From Octopus sinensis (taxonomy: Eukaryota), in assembly GCF_006345805.1 (NCBI RefSeq), contig NC_043006.1, positions 54,746,001-54,810,000 on the forward strand: DNA of 64,000 nt, read 5' to 3'. Shown here in pieces: positions 37,216 through 48,225 of the stretch (position 1 is its first letter; each line of letters begins with the position of its first letter). The notes beneath the pieces are model-generated. The model was not told the DNA's origin. It saw only the letters and a program-made list of their open reading frames with translations, and ran no database searches. The position numbers and the translations under genes were made by a program.

Positions 37216-40200
37216 AATAAACTTGTATCATTTATACTACTGTACAGGTAGCTGTGTTTTGTTTAAGTAAATTTGATACTTGTTCTGGAAAATTGATGTT
37301 GTAACTATACTAGTGAGCATTATGTTAACTATGAGTACAGTACAAATATAGTGACTACTAATATGATGGCTGTGAAGGTGGCTCAGTAGTTAGAGCATCA
37401 AGTTTACAATCATGAGGTTGTGAGTTTGATTCCTGGACTCGACTGTCTGTTGTGTTCTTGAGTAAGACACTTTATTTCTCATTGCTGCAGTTCACTCAAC
37501 TGTAGAAATGAGTTGTGACATCACTGGTGCCAAGTTATATCAACAAGCCTTTGCCTCTCTGTTGGATAACATTGGTGGTGTAGAGAAGGGAGACTGATAT
37601 ACATGGGTGACTGCTGGTCTTCCACACACAACCTTGCCCAGACTTGTGCCTTGGAGAACTTTCTCATTGCAGCTTTATGGTCATGCATGACTGAAGGGAA
37701 TCTTTACCCTTTAATATGATGGCCACTCATGGTGACCATCAAATCAATACATGTATAGCACACAAGCATAGTATAAGTATAGTGGTCATTAATATAGTGG
37801 TCACTATATTCTGGTCTTTATTATCATGACCAAAGCTGGTAGGTTGACATTTGGGTTGTGGATTGGCGGAATCATTAAGGAGGCTCTTCACATTCAGAGT
37901 CCAAGTCCTGTTGAGGTCAACTTTATCTTTCATCCCTCCAAAATCAGTAAAATAAACAGTAGTATTAACTACCCCTACCACCTCAAAATTGATGGTGTTG
38001 TACCTCAATCAGAAACAATTATTATAGTGTTCATTAAAAAACTTGTACTCCATCAGTTATGACCACAAAGGGTTCCAGTTGATCTGATCAATGGAACAGC
38101 CTGCTTGTGAAATTAACATGCAAGTGGCTGAGTGCTCCACAAACATGCATATCCTTAATGTAGTTCTCAGGAAATTCAGCATGACACAGGATATGACAAG
38201 GCTGGTCCTTTGAAACACAAGCACTACTCATTTTGCCAGCTGAGTGTACTGGAGCAATGTGAAACAGAGTGTCTTGCTGAAGGACACACCATGCCACCAG
38301 CAATCAAACTCATGATCTTAGGTCACAAACTGAATACCCTAATCACTAAGCCATGCACCTATAGTATCCATGAGAGTAGGGCTCTTTATATTAGTGATTG
38401 CTAATGTAGTATACATTAGTTTTCTCTTGAGTCGTAAGGCTCATGAAGTGGTTTGCCCAAGAACACAATGTACCACTTGATCCTGGATTCAAAACCATGA
38501 TCTTATGATCAAGAGTGTAACACCCTAACCACTAGGCCACATGCCTTCACTACTAGTGTTGTAGTCACCAGTATTGTGGCTATTCTCAACATTGGGAGTT
38601 CCTGAAAATTCCATATAGAAATAAAATATCAGGCAAATACCTTGCTCTGGTTATATGACTCATATGTTGCACTCTACTCACCTGAGGTTTACACCCAAAT
38701 ATCAGGAACCCATTGACTGGTTTTCATAGGTTTGTCATGCTGTTTTATTGTTGTTGTTTCTTTTACTGTTTTGACAAAAGGTGCCTGTGTGTGTGTGTGT
38801 GTGTGTGCGTGTGAGAGAGAGAAAGAGTGAGTGAGTGAGTGAGTGAGATGGGGGATAATAAAAGAAACAAATTAGTTTTCAGGGAGGAGGATAGTTACTT
38901 ACATGGTTGATGTTAAAGATTAAGGTCAAATGAGTGTGGGACAAAGTATCTTGTAGTATTTGGTTATGTCCATTTATCTACTGATTTCAAATCCCGTTGG
39001 TGTTGACTTTGACTTTCATCCTGGAATTGATAAAATAAATGCTAATGCTAGTAGTTTTGGGGGAGAAGGGACTGGACTCAATTTAATTGACTGTTTCCTT
39101 AAACTTTTTGACACCAACCACCATGACACTGCCCCTAGTTTATGATACAAACAATCTATTTCAACACGATCTTAATTAAAATCTTCCATGAAAATGTTGT
39201 ACTAATTTATATCCCAAACATCAGCTTAATAATGACAAAGTTATTTTAAGAAATTTTTTCAAAATTAATTGAAATAAAATCATATTTAAATAGAAATTTG
39301 GCAACAAAAAGTTTAAAGCTTGTGTTCTAGCATAACCATAGTTCAATGATAAAAACAAACAAATAAATAAATAAATAAATAAAAACAGGAGAAAAGAAAA
39401 GAATGATGTAAAAGAAGAGTAGTGTTTGCAATAAGGTTTCAATTCCTGGCTTACCCATTTCACTTAACTTGTTTCTTTTACCTTTTCTCTCTGGTTGAGA
39501 CAGCAGACACCTCTCACTTGCATGTGACACACACTCCAATCCACCCACGAAACCAGTCTTCAATTATAATTTTAATGTAATTTCCAAAAGGCAGCACTAT
39601 AATAGATTAGTAAATTCTCAACAAACTCAGTTGTCTGGACCCAGTTTCTGGTGGCATTTGAAGTTGTTTATATATGTTGGAAGTATTGTTGTTGTTCTTG
39701 TTGTAGTTGTTATTTAGCCCCAAGGCAATAAATTAACAGAATTATTACACATTGAAGAACATCTTGCAGTATTTATTCTAGTCCCTGCTCTTTGACTGTA
39801 TGTAGTAACCAAAACCTTATTTTTCTGATATTGACACAGTTTTATATATCTAATCACCACAGCACCCTTTATTTTTTATATCTAGAGATATATCTAGTTC
39901 AGTTACAATGAGTACAGGCTCCAATACTCAATTTATTACATTTCAACGCATATATAAATCTTATGTACTAAGTATAAAATTATTGGTTTCAAATTTTGGC
40001 ACAAGGCCAGTAAGTTTGGGGGAGGAGGTAAATTAATCACACCACATCTAGTGCTCAACTGGTACTTATTTTATCAACCCCGAAAAGCTGAAAGGTAAAG
40101 CGGTCCTCAGCAGAATTTGATCTCTGGAAATGCCGCTAAGCATTTTGCCCAGAATACTAATGATTCTACTAGCTTTTTGCCTTTACTAGATATAAAATAT

Positions 40201-41230
40201 TAATCCAAATAATATTTGTTTCAAATTTTGGCACAAGGCCAGCAGTTTTAGGGGAGGGTTTAAGTTCATTACATCAACCCTAGTTATTTTATCGACCTTG
40301 AAAGGATGGAAGGCACAGTCGACCATGGTAGAATTTGAATTCAGAACATGAAGATGGATGAAATGCCAGTAAGAATTTTGCCTGGCATGCTAACAATTCT
40401 GCCAGCTTGCCTTTATTAAGTATAAAATATTAATCATAACAATATTAGTATTACTTAAATAATACCTGATTGACTATGTCACCGATTATGTCAATGACAG
40501 TGTATTAAAATCAGTGTTAAAACCATTGAATATTATAAATAGTGTTTAATAAACATTATAATATTGATTTAAAGAAGAATAATAAATATTATTTATTCTC
40601 AGTTTTCACTAAACTGTTGATATTTTTAACCAAACAATCCTGCCAAAGTCAACTTTGCCTTTCATCCTTTCAGGTTTCATAAATAAAGTACCAATTGAGG
40701 AGGATGGATTGGTGCAATTGTTAGAACATCAGAGCACCATGTGGTGTCTATCCAGGCTCTTCTTCTTCTGACCACAACACTTGCAGCAATACTAGTGCCA
40801 AGTTTTATTAACCCTTGCCTCTGACAGCATGAGTTGTATGGAGACTTGCATGCATGGACAACTTTTGATCTTTCATAACATGCTAGCATTGAAACTGGCC
40901 ATATCAGACACAAATACTCTGCATGTTTTATGTGCAAACCACTCAGATCCAATGTCTCACACCATACCTCCAATGTAATTCTAAAAATGAACAATCATAT
41001 CATCAAAATATCGAAGCTTTGAGATAATGCATGATTAATTCAAAATAATGTGAATAATAAGCATTCCATTTGACAGAGTAATCTGAATGCTAAAGAGATA
41101 AACAGTCTTGTCCAGGCTTGAACCTTAGCATTAAACTTCCCAGATCCATGGTTTTGTGAGACATGCAGAAGGCCTCAGATATTCAGCCCAAAGGCATTCC
41201 AACCAAACCGTCCAGTCCCGTCTTTTTTTT

Positions 41231-41565
41231 TATCTTTTCCCTTTAAACGGCAGGTCGAGAAATTAATTTTTTGTACCTAAACACTTTCAAACTTTGGACA
41301 CTTGTAGAATGTGTCATATAAAACAACTTTTACTCTTAGTGTTACTCTTTTACTTGTTTCAGTCATATGACTGTGGCCATGCTGGAACACTGCCTTTAGT
41401 CGAGCACATCGACCCCAGGACTTATTCTTTGTAAGCCTAGTACTTATTCTATCGGTCTCTTTTGCCAAACCGTTAAGTAACGGGGACATAAACACACCAC
41501 CATCGGTTGTCAAGCGATGTTGGGGGGACAAACACAAACACATAAACACACACACACACATACAT

Positions 41566-41610
<45 letters not shown>

Positions 41611-42536
41611 TATGACGGGCTTCTTTCAGTTTCCGTCTACCAAATCCACTCACAAGGCTTTGGACAGCCCGAGGCTATAGTAGAAGACACTTACCCAAGG
41701 TGCCACACAGTGGGAATGAACCCAGAACCATGAGCTTGGTAAGCAAGCTACTTACCACACAGCCACTCCTGCGCCTGTTGTTGAGAAAAGTTTATATTTT
41801 CAAAGTTATTTCCTGTTAAAGTAGTCGTATTTCGGTAATTTCAACCAATCATTGACTTGTATTCAGCTGAATAAAATTACTGCCGTTGTTTGTCAACAAC
41901 AACTATCAGTGGTGTATATTTCGTTTGTCACTGTTATTTATGACATCGTTTGTGCGTTTCTACTGGTTTTAGTTTTATGATTAGGGTTTTAGGGTAAGGG
42001 TTAGGGTTATGGTTTTAGGGTTAGGGTTAGGGTTTTAGAGTTAGGGTTTTAGGGTTAGAGTTACGGAAAAAAGTGAAAAATGAAGAAATTGGAGGTGGAG
42101 GGGGAGGGGGCAAAAAAGTCTTTCCGAAAATAGTAGCTGAAAAACAGGAAAAAAGAACTAAAAGCAGTAGAAATGCACAAACGATTGTTGTGGTGCCATG
42201 AAGTAAACATACTTTTGATACACTCGTTTATTCATACAAACGTAACTGAGATGAAATATGTCATAAATAACAGTGACAAACGAAATATACACCGCCAGAA
42301 GTTGTTGTTGACAAACAACAGCAGTATTTTTTTCAGTTGAACACACGTAATTGATTGGTTGAATTTACCGAAATACAACAACTTTAACATGAAATAACTT
42401 TGAAAATACAAACTTTTCTCAACAACACTAAGAGCAAAAGATGTTTTATATGACACATTCTGCCAGTGTCCAATGTTTGAAAGTGTTTAGTTACAAAAAA
42501 TTAATTTCTCAATCTGCCGTTCAAAGGGTAAAGATA
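41231..42536. mobile_element. Mutator-like foldback element with long TIRs and a central telomere-like repeat
   Basis: 9-bp TSD CTTTTTTTT at 41222-41230 and 42537-42545; about 310-bp inverted arms; TTAGGG/TTTTAGGG array at 41981-42066. Confidence 0.8.
41344..41775 (-). mobile_element. Family-A SINE inserted in the left arm of the Mutator-like element
   Basis: Full head and tail; apparent TGTT duplication; the right arm is uninterrupted at the equivalent site. Confidence 0.9.
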
Positions 42537-42883
42537 CTTTTTTTTATACATAGTATACTGTTGACTGTTATTTCTTGAAGATCAAGCACCTAGAATGACA
42601 TGCTATTGTTGACTTATAAGAATATTTTTAGTGAAGGTCATAGGCATAACAAATTCTCATTTTCTCACAGTTACAAACCGGACTTTGTTCTTATGTAAGA
42701 AAGTATTATTGTTAATTAATGAGGGTGGAATACTAATGCAGTGACAAGGTTGTGTCAAGGTTATTCTACAATCTGGTTTCAATTCCCTGTTGGTACAGTG
42801 TTTCAATTATGTTATTGATTCCTTCCAGATTCCTCATTTCTCTTGATAAACATCATCATCTTGGATTTGCAATTGGTGTAGGT

Positions 42884-43173
42884 CACTGGTTTCCAAAGTG
42901 GGTGGTACTTCTCTGTTGGGGCAGTGGAGAGATCCAGGGTAGGGGTGCATTGAAAAAAAGTGAGGCGATAATGGGATGACCAACAAGGGGGTGATGGATA
43001 TAAAAAAGCTCCAAAATAATGGGTTAATTAGGTTGTTTAATTTGTGAAATACAGTTGTTTTGAATTTGCTGCAGAAAGTTGTCTATGTTTGTGGTGGTGT
43101 GTGGGGGGTAGGTGTTAGGAATGTGGCCTGGGTGTCAAGTGGGTGGCAGCCTGGAAAAGTTTGCAAACCACTG
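42884..43173. mobile_element. hAT-type MITE
   Basis: TIRs CACTGGTTTCCAAA / TTTGCAAACCACTG; perfect 8-bp TSD GTGTAGGT. Confidence 0.85.
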
Positions 43174-43369
43174 GTGTAGGTGATAGAAACCTGTATGAAA
43201 TACTTCACTATGTCGTCTTGCATTTATGGGTTCAAATCTTGCTCTTGTTGACTCTTGCCTATCTTGAAGTATCAATCACATATTACTGGTAGCATGGAGG
43301 ACTGGGATTCAGTTCACTGCATCCCCTCTCCCACTCCCTTTACAAAAGTGACCTAATGTTTTTCTGTAT

Positions 43370-43820
43370 AAGAAATTGTTTCATCCTTACCAAAACTGTT
43401 CACACCATTATCATCATCTGGGTCATCACCATTACCATCTCACTGCTATCACCATTGTCACTACTACCATCACCATTATCATCATCATCATTACTAACCA
43501 CTCTCACTATTACCCTCACCCCTGCCATACCATCACCACACTCACTGCATCACTACCCCATCATCATCACCACCACCTTTATTACCATCACAATCACCAT
43601 CATCACTATCATTATCTTATCACAATCACCATGATCACTACCACTTCTGCTACTAACATTATCACCACTACTATTATCACTCTCTTCACCACCATTTCTA
43701 CTACCATGACCATCTTCACTACCCAGACCATCCTCCACTAACACCACATCCAACAGTACATCACCATTATCATCATCATCAACACTACCACAGCTATCAT
43801 CATCATCATAATGATTTCTA
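43370..43820. repeat. Degenerate (CAT/CAC/TAC)n tract
   Basis: Direct reading; source of the His-rich and Thr/Ile-rich spurious ORFs. Confidence 0.9.
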
Positions 43821-43906
43821 ACACATTTCTGGACATAGAATAGATTAATCATATAGATGTGAAGACTCAAGCATTTGCCTGTTACTTATCGTGTATCATC
43901 CTTGAA

Positions 43907-44252
43907 GATGCATGGCTCAGTGGTCAAAGTGTCGGGCCCACAATCATGAGGTAGTGAGTTCGATTCCTGGACCAGGCTGTGTGTTGTGTTCATGTTGCTC
44001 CAGATCACTCAGCTGCAGGAATGAGTTGCAATGTCACTGATGCCAAGCTGTATCAGCCTTTGCCTTTCCCTTGGATGACATCAGTGGCATGGAGTGGGGA
44101 GGCTGGTATCCATGGGCGACTGCTGGTCTTCTATAAACAACTTTGCTTGGACTTGTGCCTTGGAGGGGAACTTTTTAGATGCAATCCCCTGGTCATTCAT
44201 GACCGAAGGAAGTTTTCACCCCCACCTTTTTCCCCCCTTTTTACCATTTTAC
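43907..44252 (+). mobile_element. Family-C tRNA SINE
   Basis: 10-bp TSD CATCCTTGAA at 43897-43906 and 44253-44262; A box TGGCTCAGTGG, B box GTTCGATTCC. Confidence 0.85.
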
Positions 44253-44310
44253 CATCCTTGAAAAGTTGAAAAGCAAAATAATAGTAATAATAATAACAAC
44301 AACAACAACA

Positions 44311-45045
44311 CTTACAAAGGAGACTAAGGGCACTATACTTGCAGCAAAATACCAAGCTTCGGCCACAAACTTAGAAATGAACAAATGACTCCATTATACC
44401 AAATTTGAAGTAGATTTGATGAAACTGTTGCGCATATTGTGAATAAATGCCCTCAGCTGGCCCCAAACCAATATAAGCTGTTGTGTCATGCTGAGGTAGA
44501 AAAATTGCTGCATTGGGAAGTTTGTGAAAAGTGGGGGTTAAAAAGAAGTAAGATGTGGTATGAACATAAATCACAGAGAGTCGCCATGTTGGAGCCCTGT
44601 AAAATTCTGTGGGATTTCCCAATGTAAACAGACCAGGTGCTTGAGCACAATAAGTGGGATCTGGTGGTAGTGGACAAGGTGAACCACACATGCTCTATAA
44701 TTGAAGTTGTGTGCCCCTTTTACACATGAACAGTTAAGAAGCAAGGCACAAAAAGAGACATATATGATTCTCAACTGTGGAAAATGAAAAAGGTGAAGAT
44801 TATGTCAATTATTATTGGGGCCTTGGAGACAGTATCAGAAGGTATTTAGAGGAATATAAAAGAAATGGGTATAGAATGCCCAGTAGAGCAGTTACAAAAA
44901 TGGTTTGCCTCCTTCACACAGCTAGAATCATCAGCAAAGTATTTGATAGTTGAAGAGAACAGACAGCAAGCTAATTACTCATGGAAGACTGTAGGAGTTC
45001 CAACAAAACCCAAGTTAAAATGACAGCAACAACAATAATAATAAA
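44311..45045 (+). pseudogene. 3-prime fragment of an R4/Dong-type non-LTR retrotransposon (zinc knuckle plus restriction-like endonuclease)
   Basis: LTKETKGTILAA...DETVAHIVNKCPQLAPNQYKLLCHAEVEKLLHWEVCEKWG...WYEH...KILWDFPM*TDQVLEHNKWDLVVVDK...CSIIEVVCPF, with stops; flanked by (AAT)/(AAC) repeats. Confidence 0.8.
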
Positions 45046-45308
45046 GAATGAACCTGAGTCAAGTCAATGATGCTAATAATCTTTTCTACTATAGGCACAA
45101 AGCCAGCAATTTTGGTGGGGTGGATAAGTCAATTACATTGATCCCAGTGCATAACTGATACTTATTTTATCAACCCACAAAGGATGAAAGGCAAAGCTGA
45201 CCTTGGTAGAATTTGAACTCCGAACCTAAAGACATGAAATACTGCAAAGCATTTGTCTGGCACACTAATGAAGCTACCAGCTTGCCACCTTAATTAAAAA
45301 AAAAAAAA

Positions 45309-45377
<69 letters not shown>

Positions 45378-45394
45378 CATCATCATCATCATCA

Positions 45395-45948
45395 TGCCCT
45401 GATGCAGTACCAGGCAGTGGCTCTCATGGCTTCTGATCTTAACCGATTGGAAGTGTTATCATGTACATTGTTTTGCCTTGGTATAAAAGATGGGCTACAA
45501 CAAATATTCTGCCCAATACCACAGATTTGCTTGTCAGTTGTTTGACGTTAACCAGTTGACCATGTCCCTTGGTGGCTGACAATATGTGCATCCCTGATCA
45601 CGAGCAGAAGTAGTGGGGAGCATCATAGCCATGTGTTTATAGGGATTCTTTGAGGTTTGAATAATTCACCTCTGGAAACATGGGTGTTTCGTTCAACATC
45701 CTTAAACAACCCTTATTCAGGGACCTTTTGAGCAGGATGGGTTACTTGACCAGAAGAAAATTCTAACTGGGACCCACCTGCAAGGTCATGTGCTGTTTAT
45801 CATGATATGAGATCACCATGTCATGCACATATGGTTGTGATGCATGTGCCTGGTGTACCCTTATCAGACGGGTAGTCACGATAGGTATACTGGGCTTCGT
45901 ATAATTTACCCCAGTGTCATTTTGATGGCATGCACTGCTCTCTCACTC
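45395..45948 (+). mobile_element. Complete copy of the 555-bp microsatellite-embedded element
   Basis: Reverse complement of 21396-21950; preceded by long (AAT)n then (CAT)n, followed by (TAA)n(CAA)n. Confidence 0.85.
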
Positions 45949-46297
45949 AGTAATAATAATAATAACAACAGCAACAACAGTTATCTAATCCTCGCTGATC
46001 AACATCATCACAATGTTTGCAGACAATGCTGTTGTAAAACTTGTCATTTATAAAACATCAGAAGCAGTTTTTGTTTGGTGGATGAATGACAACACAGGTG
46101 TCAATTATAAAAGAGAAATAATTAAAAATAACAAGATATAAATAAATAGATAAGTAAATAAATAATAGCAGATTAATATAAGTGGTTAGACCAGTTTAGT
46201 TTCAAACAGTAGTAAATCTCTCCCCCCACTACTTCAACACCTCACCTCTGAAACAAAAAGAAAAAAAAAATCAATCTATTACCAACAACACATTCTG

Positions 46298-46342
<45 letters not shown>

Positions 46343-46698
46343 ACTTAACAATGGTATGACAGGGGGTTGGTGTAGTGTTAGTGGAGGGGGAGTGGTGGTA
46401 CAGACAGTGAGATGGAAGTGATGATCTGTTTAAGATAAGCCATACAGACCTTATTAAAGTGGTACATTCTCAAAATGATGTGGTGTTTACAGAGGACAGT
46501 TTCTTTCATTTTGAGCACATCATTTCTTTTTTGTTTATATTATTTTACTTTGCTTTTTGCAATCCTTCTTCATCTCCCCTGTCTATCTTTAGTGAGGTAT
46601 GAACTGAACCTTAATGAGTGCTCCTAACTGAGAACCATACTTAAGGCCTCTTCCACTCTTAGCTTACAAAGATATATCCTTTTATGTAATGTTTAAAG

Positions 46699-47086
46699 CA
46701 GTGGTTCTCAACCATTTCTTACTTATGGACCCCTTGTTTACTATTTTATTTTGGGGGACGCCCCCAAAGCCATTTGATGTTTAAAAACTAGGTTTACTGA
46801 TACTTCTTTGAAAATTCATATTTTGTTATTCGCTCATTCATTTGTATAGGTTGCACTATGTAAAATGCTAGAGAAAGAAACCTAGCTGTTTCTTGCTATA
46901 CATACATTTAAATAAAACCTTTTCATGGGTATTAAAATACTGCTGCAGGTCCCCAATAAATGAAAACTCCTCATGGACCCTTAAAATACTACTGTGGATC
47001 CCCAATTTACTATTTTGCTAGCACAGACCTTGCAAAATCTTATATGGAGCTCTGGTGGTCACATGTACCTTGATTAAAAACCACTG
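46699..47086. mobile_element. hAT-type MITE
   Basis: TIR CAGTGGTTCTCAACC with a degenerate partner; perfect 8-bp TSD GTTTAAAG at 46691-46698 and 47087-47094. Confidence 0.85.
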
Positions 47087-47112
47087 GTTTAAAGGGACAA
47101 AATCCCTGAATA

Positions 47113-47516
47113 AAAGTTGGCTTGACTGGAAGAATCTGATTTGCAATCCTTTACTATGGCATTCCAACTGTATGTTCATAGTACCGGAACTGTGACTTCT
47201 CAATATGTAAAAGTCGTAGCTCTCCTGGAGAGATTCCCTGTTCTCTTGAGCTATGCATCCTTTTGAGTAGCATCACTGCAGAGATCCTTTGGAGGAATCC
47301 GATTTCATCTGGTTGTATTCATGAATGTACTCTTTCAGTCATTACTCAACAAAGGTGAGGAGGTGAGGATAGGCAAGGCATGAAAACTTTTCTGAAGACC
47401 AAATGCTGAAGCTGGTGCATTACTGTATCAGCACATCTAATTCAGACTCCTACCTCCCATCACTTGTGAATATGGCCTCAAGATACTTAAACTTCTCCAC
47501 TCGCTTCACAAGTTTG
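47113..47516 (-). pseudogene. RTE-clade LINE reverse-transcriptase C-terminal fragment
   Basis: Minus strand KRVEKFKYLEAIFTSDGR*ESELDVLIQ* and a downstream MTERVHS*IQP.EIGFLQRIS segment match RTE-type VEKFKYLG..FTSDG and TER...IQAAE..FL motifs. Confidence 0.7.
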
Positions 47517-47834
47517 TGAGTGAGGGAGAAATAGATTGTGTCTGTGATAGAGGAAGAGAAATAAGATATATGTCTAGACACCTATATGTGTCTCTTTCTC
47601 TCTTTCTTCTTATCTACATACCTTCCTTCTTTGCTTTCTTCCCACTTCTCTCATTAAAGTTCCACCACTGTTTAGCCTCATCAGATTTCAAACTGTATTC
47701 TGCTTGTATAGGACCTTCTAAGGGTAGATGAATTTGGTATATAATAAGAGGGGACCTTTCTGGTATTGAAATATAACAATTGAGGTTAGTAAGTAAAACT
47801 GCTGCTTACTTTAGTATATTGAAATTTATATATA

Positions 47835-47997
47835 GGCGCAGGAATAGCTGTGTGGTAAGTAGCTTGCTTACCAACTACATAGTTCTGGGTTCAGTCCCAC
47901 TGTGTGACACCTTGGGCAAGTGTCTTCTACTTTAGCCTCGGGCCGACCAAAGCCTTGTGAGTGGATTTGGTAGATGGAAACTGAAACAAGCCTGTCG

Positions 47998-48030
<33 letters not shown>

Positions 48031-48225
48031 ATGTTGTGTGTGTGTTTGTCCCCACCCCAACATCGCTTGACATCGTGTTTATGTCCCCGTCACTTAGCAG
48101 TTCGGCAAGAGAGACCAATAGAATAAGTACTAGGCTTACAAAGAATAAGTCCTGGGGTCAATTTGCTCGACTAAAGGTGGTGCTCCAGCATGGCTGCAGT
48201 CAAATGACTGAAACAAATAAAAGAG
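47835..48225 (+). mobile_element. Family-A tRNA SINE, full length
   Basis: GGCGCAGGAATAGCTGTGTGGTAAG head through GACTGAAACAAATAAAAGAG tail. Confidence 0.85.

Noticed and set aside
41981-42066. True telomere or chromosome fusion site
   Set aside because: Short, mixed-unit, single-orientation array enclosed by TIRs and a 9-bp TSD.
43356-43870. His-rich, Thr/Ile-rich and Asp-rich ORFs, and similar ones at 22257-22733 and 23446-23819
   Set aside because: Translations of (CAT/CAC)n and (TATG)n microsatellites.
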